Assembly: GCA_029547605.1 (NCBI GenBank)
Contig: JAKPPB010000003.1
Location: 36,212-100,211, forward strand
Direction of reading: 5' to 3'
Source of the DNA: Methanobacteriota archaeon
GTDB lineage: Archaea; Halobacteriota; Methanomicrobia; Methanomicrobiales; Methanospirillaceae
Length of the DNA stretch: 64,000 nt
The notes below the pieces were generated by a model. That model saw nothing but the letters and a program-made list of their open reading frames with translations. It was not told where the DNA came from and ran no database searches. Every line of letters starts with the position of its first letter. Position 1 is the first letter of the stretch. A program made the translations under genes and the position numbers. This document shows, one piece after another, positions 8,982 through 18,894 of this stretch.

Positions 8982-10190
8982 TCACGTCCATGAAAACAAG
9001 CCCGTGACGGCGTTCCACATGTTGGAGAGGCCCTGGGTGATCAGCACGCCCGGGTCGATCCCAAGCACCGGGAAGATGAACATGAAGTAAAGGATGGTCC
9101 CAAGCGTGCTCCCCAGGTTGGCAAGCGCGGCAACGAGTACGACCCGGAAGAGTGGCACCTTCATCATCTGAGAGAAACTCTCGGCCTCGAATATCCGGCG
9201 GAAGTCTGCAGGAGCCGGTTTTCGTATCCTGGCCTCCACGATAGCCGCAAACCACCCTGCCGCGACCAGCGGGTTCAGAGCCGTGAACCAGGAGACGCCA
9301 AACCCGGTGAGCGCGGAGAGGGGATGGCCTCGGGCAGCGAGGGTAAATACCGCGGTCAGGACACCATGGACCAGCACCCAGTAGAGGAGGGCCATTCCCA
9401 GCACCTCGAGGCCGACACCCGAGAACGCGATCGCAAGGAGCAGGAAGAGGAAGAGCGCAGTCACCGCGACCCCGAAGATAAGGCCCCATGGCCTGGACTT
9501 CATCTCGGCCGTCAATTCCCCCAGGGGGGGCAGGGTCTCGGGCGCATCAAGGTATTTCATGACCCCCTGGACATGCCCCGCCCCGAGGACCGCGAGGACC
9601 CGGGAATGTCCTTCCATGAGGCCCGCGATGTGATGGGCAAGGTACGCATCCCTTTCATCAATGAGCGCCCTCGCACCATTCGGGGAGAACTTCCTGAACT
9701 CATCCATGGCCATGGTGAGCATGTCCTGCTCTTTCAGACTCTCCACATCGATCTCCTCGCCGTCGATGCTGACGACTGAGACTGCGAGCGCGTAGAGCAT
9801 CTTCAGCTTCTCAAGGAACGAGAGCGATTTCCAGAACCTGCGGAGAGTGATATTGATATCACGGTCGACCAGGCCGATTGCAATCCCACGGGATTCCGCC
9901 TCCTCAATGGCGGCTTTCATCTCGGCGCCAGGTTCCACACCAAGGTCGAGCCCTATCCGGCGCTGGAGGTAGGCAAGGATCCACTGCACGAGGACCTGGG
10001 TGAAGTTTTTTGCCTCCAGGATGTCCTGCACCGACGGATCCCTTGCCTGTTTCCTGATCACGGCATAACGGGCAGGATCCAGTTCCACTGCAATGACATC
10101 AGGGGAGAACTCATCGATGGCCCTCCTGACCTCCTCGACACTCTTTGCCGAGACATGCGCGGTGCCCACGACACGGAGTTCGCCTTTCAT
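8982..10190 (-). CDS. TraB/GumN-family protein with C-terminal membrane domain
   Basis: 'ELRVVGTAHVSAKSVEEVRRAIDEFSPDVIAVELD' is the TraB-family N-terminal motif. The C-terminal third is hydrophobic. The start codon forms an ATGA overlap with the upstream gene's stop. Confidence 0.8.
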   Translation of the reverse strand: MKGELRVVGTAHVSAKSVEEVRRAIDEFSPDVIAVELDPARYAVIRKQARDPSVQDILEAKNFTQVLVQWILAYLQRRIGLDLGVEPGAEMKAAIEEAESRGIAIGLVDRDINITLRRFWKSLSFLEKLKMLYALAVSVVSIDGEEIDVESLKEQDMLTMAMDEFRKFSPNGARALIDERDAYLAHHIAGLMEGHSRVLAVLGAGHVQGVMKYLDAPETLPPLGELTAEMKSRPWGLIFGVAVTALFLFLLLAIAFSGVGLEVLGMALLYWVLVHGVLTAVFTLAARGHPLSALTGFGVSWFTALNPLVAAGWFAAIVEARIRKPAPADFRRIFEAESFSQMMKVPLFRVVLVAALANLGSTLGTILYFMFIFPVLGIDPGVLITQGLSNMWNAVTGLFSWT

Positions 10191-10747
10191 ACCCGCGTCA
10201 CTCCCTCCCCGTCGACGACAAGGCACCCATTCTCCCGCGGAATCCCGATAGAGATTGCCCGGCGGATCTTCTCTCCTTCTTGCTCCTCTGCAGCCCGCCG
10301 CTCACGCAGGGCTCGGGCCAGGGCGCGTGCCTCCTCCCGGCCAATGGGACGCCCGAGCCCAGGGCAGGGAGACGTCAGCAGGTCCTCGCCGTCAAGCATG
10401 AACGGATATGTGCGGCATATCCACGGTCTTTCGGCATAGACCTGGCAGGACCCCTCTCGATAGAACATGCAGTCACCCGAAATCCGCCGGACCGCCCATC
10501 CGAATGTGACCTCTGTGCCGTCGCAAAGCTTCACGCGCTCGGGATAGGGCTCGGCACACTCTTCGGCACGCAGGTGGCAAAGGGAGGATATCCGGCGGAT
10601 CTCGGCGGGTGAGACCATGACAAGGTTGTCGTCTCCTGCTCCCTGGCGGCAGCACTCCCCGCACCTGGTGCAGGAGAACCCGATCTCCCTGATGCGCGCA
10701 GTCAGTCGCTCCTCGTCCATGGATGCCCCGTATTCGTTCATGGTCAC
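10187..10747 (-). CDS. YkgJ/UPF0153-type Cys-cluster (Zn/Fe-chelating) protein
   Basis: It carries 'FSCTRCGECCR' plus later Cys residues (CAEPYPE..LCDG, GDCMFY, GSCQVYAERPWICRTYPF). An alternative ATG start lies at 10741. Confidence 0.65.
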   Translation of the reverse strand: MTMNEYGASMDEERLTARIREIGFSCTRCGECCRQGAGDDNLVMVSPAEIRRISSLCHLRAEECAEPYPERVKLCDGTEVTFGWAVRRISGDCMFYREGSCQVYAERPWICRTYPFMLDGEDLLTSPCPGLGRPIGREEARALARALRERRAAEEQEGEKIRRAISIGIPRENGCLVVDGEGVTRV

Positions 10748-11301
10748 TCTTCCCTGCAGATTGCGTCAAAATTCTGGTAGACTCTGCGGCCGTCCCGCGT
10801 ATGGCTGACCTCGGGGTGCCACTGAAGACCGTAAATACGAAGATCGGGCCTTGCGATTGCCTCGTGGGCACATATGGAAGACCGTGCAAGCAGCCGGAAC
10901 CCTGGGGGAATCACCGCTACCTCGTCGGCATGTGAAGCCCACACCTGGAGCGTCGCCGGGTACCCCGCGAGGATCCCCCCCTCCTCGACCACGTCTACCT
11001 CCACGGGACCATACCCGCCTGACCTCCCCGGCTGCACCCTGCCCCCAAATTCTGTTGCAATGATGTGAAGGCCCAGACATATCCCGAGGACAGGGAGATC
11101 GAGGTGAAGGTACTGGGCAGCACACCCGCTTCGCCCGATATCCGGCCCGCCTCCAAGCACAATCCCCCGGCATGCCCCTGCCATCTCGTCCGGAGGGGTG
11201 GTGTTCGGGACCAGCCTTGCATTGATTTCAAGGTCCCGGAACATTCGAAGGATGAGGTGGTTGAACTGCCCGAAGTTGTTCACCACGTATATAGGGAGCA
11301 T
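10744..11301 (-). CDS. guaAA: GMP synthase, glutamine amidotransferase subunit A
   Basis: 'MLPIYVVNNFGQFNHLILRMFRDL...GIVLGGGP...LPVLGICLGLHI...LQWHPEV' gives the class-I GATase Cys/His motifs. The roughly 185-aa size is typical of the archaeal split GuaA. Confidence 0.85.
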   Translation of the reverse strand: MLPIYVVNNFGQFNHLILRMFRDLEINARLVPNTTPPDEMAGACRGIVLGGGPDIGRSGCAAQYLHLDLPVLGICLGLHIIATEFGGRVQPGRSGGYGPVEVDVVEEGGILAGYPATLQVWASHADEVAVIPPGFRLLARSSICAHEAIARPDLRIYGLQWHPEVSHTRDGRRVYQNFDAICREE

Positions 11302-11514
11302 GATCTTCACAAGAATGGCTGCTTAAAGTTCAAAATGCCTCCGGCATTCTCATGGTGGCGGCGCGCAGCCGGGCGAGATGCCTTTGTCCCGCGTTCTCCA
11401 TGACGGCTCTCTCGTGAGAGGTGCCGGGTTCCAGGAGTACCCGGAAGAGGGCCTTTCTGGGCGCATGTGACCCATGCAAGCCTCTGGTGCCTCCCTTGAG
11501 ATTGGGTGCACAGT

Positions 11515-12645
11515 TCATTGGTAAGATGCGACTGTTTCAAAGATCTTCTCCCTGATTGCGGAGGGAGAGTGGCCAAGCAGGTATGCCATGAACATCGCCC
11601 CGCCTGCACCCATTCCCTCCTTGACTTCCCCTATGCAGTACCGCGCAAGGCCCGAGTGCCCGAGATCCCCGAATCCGGGATCAACGTATACCACTTCGGC
11701 CCCGATGTTGTGTGCAATCTCGGAAAAATTCGCGGACCTGTCATCCCTGACATAGACAGTCGTTGCGATCAGGGGGAGGGGAATGCCCATCGCCTTCATC
11801 ACTGCCGCCACGGCAAGCATCTGGGTGCCCCCTGCCAGCACCATCTGACGGGTGCAGGTGCTTCCCAATCCTGCACACAGGGCGATCATCGGGTCCCCGC
11901 AGCACCTTATGAGATCAAGAGGTGATCGATCACTCTCCGCTTCGATCCTGCGGGCAACCGCGTCCCATACCTCTTCCTTCATCCTGACAGGGTTCTCGAC
12001 GAAACTGGAGCTGACCCTCGCAGGGTACCCGAGCGAACGAAGGACACAGAGAGCCGTGGTGGTCCCCCCGGGGACACATTCGCCTACCACCAGCAGGTCG
12101 CACCACCGGGACAAAAATTCACCAAGTGAACGACCGGACTGGTAGAGCTCCCGTGCGAGTGGCACCGCGTCCATGAACCGGGGATCGTTCCCGGGCTCAC
12201 CATACACATCCATGCACGGGACAGTAGGGCGGAAAGAGAGCCCGGCATTGATGAACAGGGCTCCTGTCCCGCAGAGTTCCATGATGGAGCGGGTAATTGA
12301 CGCAGGAGTAGGACAGCCGGTAGGAGTGTCGGGCCTCGCCGGCATACTGGTGATCGAACCCCTCGCTATCAGTTCCGCATCGAGAATCGGAGTGAGCAGG
12401 GTCTTCTCCGGCGTGGGCCCGGCCCCCGAGATGCCCGGTACCACAGAGAGCATCGTATTTGCAAGGATGCTGCAGAATAGGGGGCGTTCTGCAGCGATAC
12501 CTGGATCTTTCGAGAGGAATGCCATGCACGCACTCTTCCTAACCATCGGTACTGTGGATCCATCAACATAGCGCTTGACCAGAATGAGTGGCAACCCTGA
12601 TAAACCCGGAAACGAGACCTGTGTGAGAAGAAGGATACCTGTCAT
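11515..12645 (-). CDS. cobT: archaeal-type nicotinate-nucleotide:dimethylbenzimidazole phosphoribosyltransferase (CobT-like, UPF0284/TIGR00303 family)
   Basis: 'FCSILANTMLSVVPGISGAGPTPE...' and 'GECVPGGTTTALCVL' are family-typical, and the gene sits next to cobS. The true start is probably an internal Met (about 12540), not 12645. Confidence 0.7.
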   Translation of the reverse strand: MTGILLLTQVSFPGLSGLPLILVKRYVDGSTVPMVRKSACMAFLSKDPGIAAERPLFCSILANTMLSVVPGISGAGPTPEKTLLTPILDAELIARGSITSMPARPDTPTGCPTPASITRSIMELCGTGALFINAGLSFRPTVPCMDVYGEPGNDPRFMDAVPLARELYQSGRSLGEFLSRWCDLLVVGECVPGGTTTALCVLRSLGYPARVSSSFVENPVRMKEEVWDAVARRIEAESDRSPLDLIRCCGDPMIALCAGLGSTCTRQMVLAGGTQMLAVAAVMKAMGIPLPLIATTVYVRDDRSANFSEIAHNIGAEVVYVDPGFGDLGHSGLARYCIGEVKEGMGAGGAMFMAYLLGHSPSAIREKIFETVASYQ

Positions 12646-13078
12646 GTTCGAGATCGGTGAACGGTTGCAACAGAAAGGAGCCGGGATGGAAGAGATTGTC
12701 GGCGCGGCAATGGAGCTCTATGTCCCCCACGGCGTCCCGGAAGGGGAGGCCCGGGAAATGATCAGGCGAATGATCGAGAAGTACATGGAGGACCCGAATG
12801 TCGCGTCCCTCCTCCTCGGTGCCATCCTGCTTGAAGACGAGCTCTACTGGAAACGCGCCAACTCGGAGATCAAGGACGACCCTGTCTTCCTCCTGTCTGA
12901 CGAGATAATAGGGATGGCGATCGCCGAGTGCATCGGCGGTACCTACGCCCGCTTCGAGTTCACCCGTTACGACCAGAAAAAGCCCGGCATTCTTGGCTCA
13001 CTCGGCCCTTTCCTCGACGATGCCGTGGCCGGCCTCATTGCCGGATGCACCTCCAGGTTTTACAGCGAATGCCACTGA
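12644..13078 (+). CDS. PgpA-family phosphatase domain protein (possible alpha-ribazole-phosphate phosphatase role)
   Basis: It carries the C-terminal 'LGPFLDDAVAGLIAG' PgpA-like DDxxAG motif and lies between cobT and cobS. The functional role is inferred from that context only. Confidence 0.55.
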   Translation: MFEIGERLQQKGAGMEEIVGAAMELYVPHGVPEGEAREMIRRMIEKYMEDPNVASLLLGAILLEDELYWKRANSEIKDDPVFLLSDEIIGMAIAECIGGTYARFEFTRYDQKKPGILGSLGPFLDDAVAGLIAGCTSRFYSECH

Positions 13079-13785
13079 CCTCAGTCATCTCACTGCTCCA
13101 GTTCACCACGGTCCTCCCGCTCGGAAGAACCCGCGATTTCTCCACGTTTGCGAGGCGATCGTGGATTTACCCCATTGCGGGATATGTGGTGGGGGGAATT
13201 GCCGCTGCTGCGGTCTTCTTCATCGGCCAGCCGCTCATTGCCGGCGCCGTTGCCCTTGGGCTCCTCTACCTCCTGACCGGGTGCAACCACCTCGACGGCC
13301 TCATGGATTTTGGCGACGGGCTGATGGCGCATGGGGACAGGGAGAGGAGACTGAGGGCGCTTTCCGACCGGCAGATCGGCACAGGCGGGATGGCGATGGC
13401 AATTGTCATGTCGATTATCTCTTTCTCGTCGCTCGCGTCGGCCCCATGCCTCCCCTGTGCCATTGTAATCGCCGAGGTGGGTGGAAAATTTTCGATGGCG
13501 TTTCTCTCGACGTTCGGAAAACCCTTCCGTGAAGGGCTCCACTCGTCAATCCAGTCCCATTCAAAGCCATATTTCCCGGTCCTCGCCGCCATGCTGTGCA
13601 CTCCGCTCGTGCTCCTCCCCATCGCCCCGATCTCCCTTGCAATGTCGGCCGTCCTGATGATCGCCTGCCCTGCTACCCTCCTCGCCGTCTCGAACAGGCT
13701 CTTTGGAGGAGTGAACGGGGACGTGACGGGGGCCAGCAACGAGATCACGAGGGCTGCGATCCTTGCCGTGCTCTGCCTGATCTAG
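13069..13785 (+). CDS. cobS: adenosylcobinamide-GDP ribazoletransferase (cobalamin 5'-phosphate synthase)
   Basis: 'MPLTSVISLLQFTTVLPLG' and 'NHLDGLMDFGDGL' are CobS signatures, and the protein is polytopic. The start is taken at ATG 13069. The longer ORF from 12928 is an out-of-context, Arg-rich extension. Confidence 0.85.
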   Translation: MPLTSVISLLQFTTVLPLGRTRDFSTFARRSWIYPIAGYVVGGIAAAAVFFIGQPLIAGAVALGLLYLLTGCNHLDGLMDFGDGLMAHGDRERRLRALSDRQIGTGGMAMAIVMSIISFSSLASAPCLPCAIVIAEVGGKFSMAFLSTFGKPFREGLHSSIQSHSKPYFPVLAAMLCTPLVLLPIAPISLAMSAVLMIACPATLLAVSNRLFGGVNGDVTGASNEITRAAILAVLCLI

Positions 13786-13815
13786 CGATCTCGCCAGGAC
13801 GCACACCTTTTTCCC

Positions 13816-14736
13816 ATGCCGGACGCAGTGTACTGCATGCGCAGGGAGAATATCATTCACATGAAGGGAGGGGTGATCACTGAGAGAGACCCTGGTTACT
13901 GCACTATCCGTACCAGGATCCCCGCGGGGGTTGTGACGAGCGCAATGCTCAGGGGAATAGCGGATATCGCGGATTCATGCAGGGCGCCCCACATCCATCT
14001 TACCACCAGGCAGACAATCGAGATACCTCGGGTCGATCCCGGCCTGCTCGATGAGATCTCGCGCTCCCTCGCAGAGAACGGGACGCCTATAGGTTCCGAG
14101 AGGGACGAGGTCGTGAATATCACCGCCTGCCCGGGCATCGAGCGGTGCATATTTGCAAATATCGACTCGATCTCCCTTGCCAAAGAGATCGACGCCCGCC
14201 TCTTCGGGAGGGAGATGCCGGTCAAAGTCCGTATCGCCATTTCTGCATGCCCGAACGCATGCACCAGCCCAATGCTCAACGAGATCGGCATCACCGGCCG
14301 GATCCAGCCCATCAGGACTCCCGGAGTCTGCACCGGCTGCGGGACATGTGTGGAATTCTGCAAAGAAGAGGCCATCTCCATCAAGAAAGGGGTATCAGTC
14401 CTTGACCCCGCAAGATGCGTCCAGTGCGGTACCTGCATCCGGTCGTGCCCTTTCCACCTTCTCAAGTCATCTGGTGAGCACTTCCTCATCTCCGTCGGGG
14501 GCAGGAGAGGGAGGCACCCGATGGTCGGGAGGGAACTCATCACTGTGAACTCTCCTTCCGCGGCGGCCGATGTCGTCGAGAAGGTAGTGCAGTGGGTCTA
14601 CCGACGCGCCTGGAGCGGGAGGCTCCTCTCCGAGCAGCTCGACGAGCTGCAGTTCGAGAAGTTCAGGGAAGAGATCACGAGCCAGATCCCCGCGTCGTCG
14701 GTCTTCGGCGCAGGAGGGGTGGATCAAAGCCTGTAG
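13816..14736 (+). CDS. small sulfite/nitrite-reductase-like protein with a 4Fe-4S ferredoxin insert (Dsr-like protein of methanogens)
   Basis: 'RTRIPAGVVTSAMLRGIADIADSCRAPHIHLTTRQTIEIPRV' is a NiR/SiR ferredoxin-like half-domain. 'CPNACTSP' resembles a sirohaem/cluster motif. Two CxxCxxCxxxCP ferredoxin motifs are present (CTGCGTCVEFC, CVQCGTCIRSCP). Confidence 0.7.
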   Translation: MPDAVYCMRRENIIHMKGGVITERDPGYCTIRTRIPAGVVTSAMLRGIADIADSCRAPHIHLTTRQTIEIPRVDPGLLDEISRSLAENGTPIGSERDEVVNITACPGIERCIFANIDSISLAKEIDARLFGREMPVKVRIAISACPNACTSPMLNEIGITGRIQPIRTPGVCTGCGTCVEFCKEEAISIKKGVSVLDPARCVQCGTCIRSCPFHLLKSSGEHFLISVGGRRGRHPMVGRELITVNSPSAAADVVEKVVQWVYRRAWSGRLLSEQLDELQFEKFREEITSQIPASSVFGAGGVDQSL

Positions 14737-15026
14737 CGAGGCCGGAATCCCTGGTTCTTGTCATCTGCACATTCGATAGCGGACCCGTCCCGGACCAGCT
14801 GGTTGAACTGGAGGGCAGCGGTCATCAGCGCATCATCGGAGGCCGAACCCCTCCTCATTCCCTTTTGCACCTGCTCCTGGGGGGCGGGATACATGCGTGG
14901 ACCGACCTTGATCCCCTTGCAGTGTTCGCAGAACGCACATCTTGTATAGACGGAGACCTCTCCTGTGGCGCATTCCACTGTGGCGCGGTTGCCGCTCGCA
15001 TCCTTGGTCATCGAAAGGGTCTTCAT
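14724..15026 (-). CDS. hypothetical small Cys-containing protein
   Basis: 100 aa. Third-position GC bias looks like the host's coding pattern, and the sequence includes 'CAFCEHCKG'. I recognise no family. The 3' end overlaps the convergent upstream gene by 13 nt. Confidence 0.45.
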   Translation of the reverse strand: MKTLSMTKDASGNRATVECATGEVSVYTRCAFCEHCKGIKVGPRMYPAPQEQVQKGMRRGSASDDALMTAALQFNQLVRDGSAIECADDKNQGFRPRYRL

Positions 15027-15204
15027 ATTTCCGGAAGGGGTTTTATCCCGTCACCGATATGATTCTGTCGATAATATCACGGTTTCCGTGAAAATCGCCC
15101 AGAATCAGGTCAGTCGAAACGATTAATATGGATCCCTTTCCAATATTTTATACTCGTATAAATGGGCTGAACTCTGACAGGCTCATTTTTATCGGAGGAA
15201 TGAC

Positions 15205-16482
15205 ATGGCAGCTGAAAAGCCTCACATGAATCTGGCGGTTATCGGACACATCGACCATGGGAAGTCTACCACGGTCGGAAGGCTTATGTTCGAGACCGGG
15301 ACCGTCCCCGCGCACATTATCGAGGGATACCGCAAGGAGGCCGAAGCCAAGGGCAAGGCCACGTTCGAGTTCGCATGGGTCATGGACAACCTGAAGGAAG
15401 AGCGTGAGAGGGGTATCACCATCGATATCGCCCACAAGCGTTTTGACACTCCCAAGTTCTACTTCACTGTCGTAGACTGCCCCGGGCACAGGGACTTCGT
15501 AAAGAACATGATCACCGGTGCCTCGCAGGCAGATGCGGCCATCCTGGTCGTTGCAGCCCCCGACGGGGTCATGGAGCAGACCAAGGAACACGTTTTCCTG
15601 GCAAGGACACTCGGGATCGGGCAGCTCATCGTTGCCATCAACAAGATGGACGCAGCAAAGTACGACCAGAAGCGCTTCGAAGAGGTAAAAAAGGACCTCT
15701 CCGCCCTGATGCAGATGGTCGGCTACAAGCCTTCCGAGACGCTCTTCATCCCGATCAGCTCCCTCGCAGGTGCGAACATCTCCAAGAAGAGCTCTGACAC
15801 TCCCTGGTATACCGGGCCGACTCTCCTTGAGGCACTCGATACCTTAAAAGAGCCCGAGAAACCGGTGGACAAGCCCCTGCGCCTGCCCATCCAGGACGTC
15901 TACAGCATCAGCGGGATCGGCACCGTGCCGGTCGGACGCGTCGAGACCGGCATCATGAAGAAGGGGATGAAGGTCTCCTTCATGCCAGCCAACAAGGAGG
16001 GCGAGATTAAGTCGATCGAGATGCACCACGAGGAGATCCCCCAGGCCCTGCCAGGCGACAACGTCGGCTTCAACGTGCGCGGTATCGCCAAGGGCGACCT
16101 CCGCCGCGGCGACGTCTGCGGACCCGTGGAGGCTCCCCCGACCGTTGCAGACGAATTTACCGCCCAGATCGTGGTGCTCCAGCACCCCAGCGCCATCACC
16201 GTGGGATATACCCCGGTCTTCCACTGCCACACCACCCAGACAGCCTGCACTTTCATCGAGCTGAAGAAGAAACTCGACCCGAGGACAGGACAGACCAAGG
16301 AGGAGAACCCCACCTTCATCAAGACCGGCGATGCGGCCATCGTCCAGGTAAAGCCGTCCAAGCCGATGGTGATTGAGAACGTGAAGGAGCTCCCCCAGCT
16401 GGGAAGGTTTGCGATCAGGGACATGGGATCGACCATTGCGGCGGGAATGTGCATCGCCATCACCCCGAAGCAGATGCGGTGA
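15205..16482 (+). CDS. tuf: translation elongation factor EF-1 alpha
   Basis: '[16 protein letters not shown]', 'DCPGHRDF' and 'NKMD' are the GTPase motifs. 425 aa. Confidence 0.97.
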   Translation: MAAEKPHMNLAVIGHIDHGKSTTVGRLMFETGTVPAHIIEGYRKEAEAKGKATFEFAWVMDNLKEERERGITIDIAHKRFDTPKFYFTVVDCPGHRDFVKNMITGASQADAAILVVAAPDGVMEQTKEHVFLARTLGIGQLIVAINKMDAAKYDQKRFEEVKKDLSALMQMVGYKPSETLFIPISSLAGANISKKSSDTPWYTGPTLLEALDTLKEPEKPVDKPLRLPIQDVYSISGIGTVPVGRVETGIMKKGMKVSFMPANKEGEIKSIEMHHEEIPQALPGDNVGFNVRGIAKGDLRRGDVCGPVEAPPTVADEFTAQIVVLQHPSAITVGYTPVFHCHTTQTACTFIELKKKLDPRTGQTKEENPTFIKTGDAAIVQVKPSKPMVIENVKELPQLGRFAIRDMGSTIAAGMCIAITPKQMR

Positions 16483-16513
16483 ACCCGCATCCATTCATTT
16501 CAGGTGAGTACCC

Positions 16514-16822
16514 ATGCAAAAAGCCAGAATACGCCTTACAGGGACAGATTTCAAGAAAGTTGAGATGGTATGCGATCGTATCCGCGAGATAGCGGAGCGC
16601 ACAGGCGTGAATCTGGCTGGTCCGATTCCGCTTCCCACCAAGCGACTGGTCATCCCTATCCGAAAGAGCCCTGATGGAGAAGGCACTGCGACCTGGGACA
16701 GGTGGCAGATGCGCGTGCACAAGAGACTCATCGATATCGACGCAGACGAGCGGGCACTCCGCCAGCTGATGCGCACGCAGGTCCCAAAGGACATAGGTAT
16801 CGAGATCGTCCTCGAAAGTTGA
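16514..16822 (+). CDS. rps10: 30S ribosomal protein S10 (uS10)
   Basis: '[23 protein letters not shown]...GPIPLPTK' with 102 aa, in the conserved position after tuf. Confidence 0.95.
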   Translation: MQKARIRLTGTDFKKVEMVCDRIREIAERTGVNLAGPIPLPTKRLVIPIRKSPDGEGTATWDRWQMRVHKRLIDIDADERALRQLMRTQVPKDIGIEIVLES

Positions 16823-16832
16823 GGGGAGCGGT

Positions 16833-18482
16833 TTGACCGCAGCCGGTATTGCTCAGAGAATCCGGCCCCTCTTCTCCTTTCATACGTTATTTTTCCTGAT
16901 ACTCCTGGGAGGGTTTCTCCTCCGGTTCATCGCCCTTGACCTCAAGCTCCTCCACCACGACGAGGCAATACACGCCTGGTTTGCCTATGAACTGGTGACA
17001 AAGGGGGCCTACATGTACGACCCGATGTACCACGGGCCGCTCCTCTACTATGTGACGGCAGGGATGTTCTTTCTCTTCGGGCAGTCCGACCTGGTCGCCC
17101 GGCTCCTTCCCGCACTCTTCGGGACCGCCCTCATTCCCCTGGTATATGTGATTTACCGGTTGGGATACTTTGACCGCCGCCAGGCCCTCATCGCCGCGCT
17201 CTTCATTGCAATCTCCCCCGACCTGGTATATTTCTCCCGCTTCCTCCGCCACGATATCTTCCAGCTCTTCTTCTCGGTGCTGATACTGGTCGCACTGCTC
17301 GCGTACCTGGAGAAAGGGAAAGTGCAATATGCACTGATCGCCGGGCTCGCCATGGGGGGTGGGATGTGTCTCAAGGAGGACATGCCCCTCTTCCTGGTTA
17401 TCCTCGCCGTCTTCGGTCTCTTTCTCCTCTGGAAGAGGCCGGTTCCCATCCCCCGCACGTGGATTCGTGATGCCATGCTCTCGGTCCTTCTCGCGGTGGG
17501 AATAATGGCCCTATTCTACTCCTCGTTCGGGGTACATCCCGAGATCCTCCTTACAGGGCTGGAAAAGGCATACACCCACTGGGCAGCCATGCACGGCATG
17601 TGCCGAATCTGCGGCCCTTGGTTCTTCTATATCCTGCTCTTCCTCCTCTACGAGGTGCCAATCTTTATCCTGGCTCTCTTTGGAATGATCCAGTTCGCCG
17701 ACCGGCACAACCCGGTCCCTGGGTGGATAGCCCGTGCCCATGCGTTCCTCGCAACCAGGCGCCAGGCCGCAGGGGAAGAGCCCGTCACGGTTCCCCAATT
17801 GCCCTCTGTTCCTGCCACATGGAACAAGAAGGAGCTCTTCTTCCTCTTCTGCATCATCTGGTTCCTCGTGGCACTTGGCGCCTATGCCTACATCGGGGAG
17901 AAGGTCCCGTGGCTTATCCTCCACCAGCTCCTCCCCGCCATTTTTATCTCCGTCTACCTGATGGGAAAAAAGAAGATGGTCTTTGCACTGGCCGGGTGCG
18001 TCTTTCTCCTCCTGATGACCTGGCATGTCGCGTTCATCCCGGCAGATGTGAACGAGCCTATCGTGCAGGTGCAGAACTCAGAGGATATGCGCCTCGTGAT
18101 GGCGCTGATTGATGTATCGGACTCCGTTGCGATAGCATCTGAGAACTACTGGCCTCTCCCCTGGTATTACCGGGGTGATGGTTGGTCACGGATGCACTTT
18201 TATGGAAAAATCGTGGACGAAGGGACCATATACAGCGTGAACCCTGACATGGTGATCACTCATGACCAGGCAAGTTTTGTCTCGCTTGCCGGGTACGAGA
18301 AGCATACGTTCAAGCTCTCCTACTGGTTCTCGATATATGATAACGAGAACAGGCTCCCCGAGTATTATATCAGGCGGGACGGCAAGATGGGGAGCATCAA
18401 TATCGACGTCTTCACAAAACCCGGCCTCTACGACAAGGCAGGAATCAGCCTTCCCTTCACTCCCTATCCCACATTCACATGA
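16833..18482 (+). CDS. polytopic membrane protein of the TIGR03663 / PMT-like (GT-C fold, Agl23-like) family
   Basis: It has a TTG start, more than 10 predicted TM helices and the N-terminal motif 'LLHHDEAIHAWFAYELVTKGAYMYDPMYHGPLLYY'. A soluble domain sits at the C-terminus. Confidence 0.65.
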   Translation: MTAAGIAQRIRPLFSFHTLFFLILLGGFLLRFIALDLKLLHHDEAIHAWFAYELVTKGAYMYDPMYHGPLLYYVTAGMFFLFGQSDLVARLLPALFGTALIPLVYVIYRLGYFDRRQALIAALFIAISPDLVYFSRFLRHDIFQLFFSVLILVALLAYLEKGKVQYALIAGLAMGGGMCLKEDMPLFLVILAVFGLFLLWKRPVPIPRTWIRDAMLSVLLAVGIMALFYSSFGVHPEILLTGLEKAYTHWAAMHGMCRICGPWFFYILLFLLYEVPIFILALFGMIQFADRHNPVPGWIARAHAFLATRRQAAGEEPVTVPQLPSVPATWNKKELFFLFCIIWFLVALGAYAYIGEKVPWLILHQLLPAIFISVYLMGKKKMVFALAGCVFLLLMTWHVAFIPADVNEPIVQVQNSEDMRLVMALIDVSDSVAIASENYWPLPWYYRGDGWSRMHFYGKIVDEGTIYSVNPDMVITHDQASFVSLAGYEKHTFKLSYWFSIYDNENRLPEYYIRRDGKMGSINIDVFTKPGLYDKAGISLPFTPYPTFT

Positions 18483-18704
18483 GTGAAATTTTTCCGAACA
18501 AAAGGCGTGCCCGAAGGACGAAAGGATGCGAGCCCTCGCGGTGTTTTCCTTCCACAGACGGGTGAAAGACAAATAATGAGGCGCCCACACTATCGCAGTG
18601 GCGTTGATAGGCGAAGCCATCGATTAAGGAAAAGGGAGGGGTGCACACCCCCGGGCATATATGCGAAGTGGCCGGTAAGGCAGGCATTTCTCTTCAAGAA
18701 AAAG

Positions 18705-18894
18705 GGCTCTTCGCTATCTGGTGTGGGTAGGATTGGTGAACCGGACACATTTTGTGGGGGCTATCCGCCCCCACACCCCCACATGCAATGCACGCCGCCG
18801 CCCCTGAAGGGTGTACCGGGGGAGGTTCAGTGACCGGATTGATATGCAGATAACACCCTCGATTCAGTCTCCCCGCACAAAACAGCGAGGAGGG
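18705..18894 (+). mobile_element. MITE-like element, copy A (about 190 bp, imperfect TIRs, 8-bp target-site duplication AGAAAAAG)
   Basis: AGAAAAAG occurs at 18697-18704 and again at 18895-18902, directly abutting the element. The 5' end GGCTCTTCGCTATCTGGTGTGGG matches the reverse complement of the 3' end, CCCTCCTCGCTGTTTTGTGCGGG. The element is homologous to copies at 44492 and 47313. Confidence 0.8.

Noticed and set aside
12643-12646. The start codons of cobT (minus strand) and the pgpA-like gene (plus strand) overlap back-to-back, which would leave no promoter space.
   Set aside because: This is most likely an artefact of taking the longest cobT ORF. The family-typical CobT N-terminus begins about 30-35 codons downstream, which restores a roughly 100-nt divergent intergenic region.
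18483-18833. ORFs 18483..18833 and 47142..47441 encode a shared peptide (..SLSGVGRIGEPDT.CGGYPPP.PHM.CTPPP..), which could suggest a repeated small protein gene.
   Set aside because: The similarity is the MITE sequence read in one frame. Copy B (44492-44679) carries a 1-nt deletion that breaks this frame. The conserved unit has TIRs and target duplications instead of start/stop logic.
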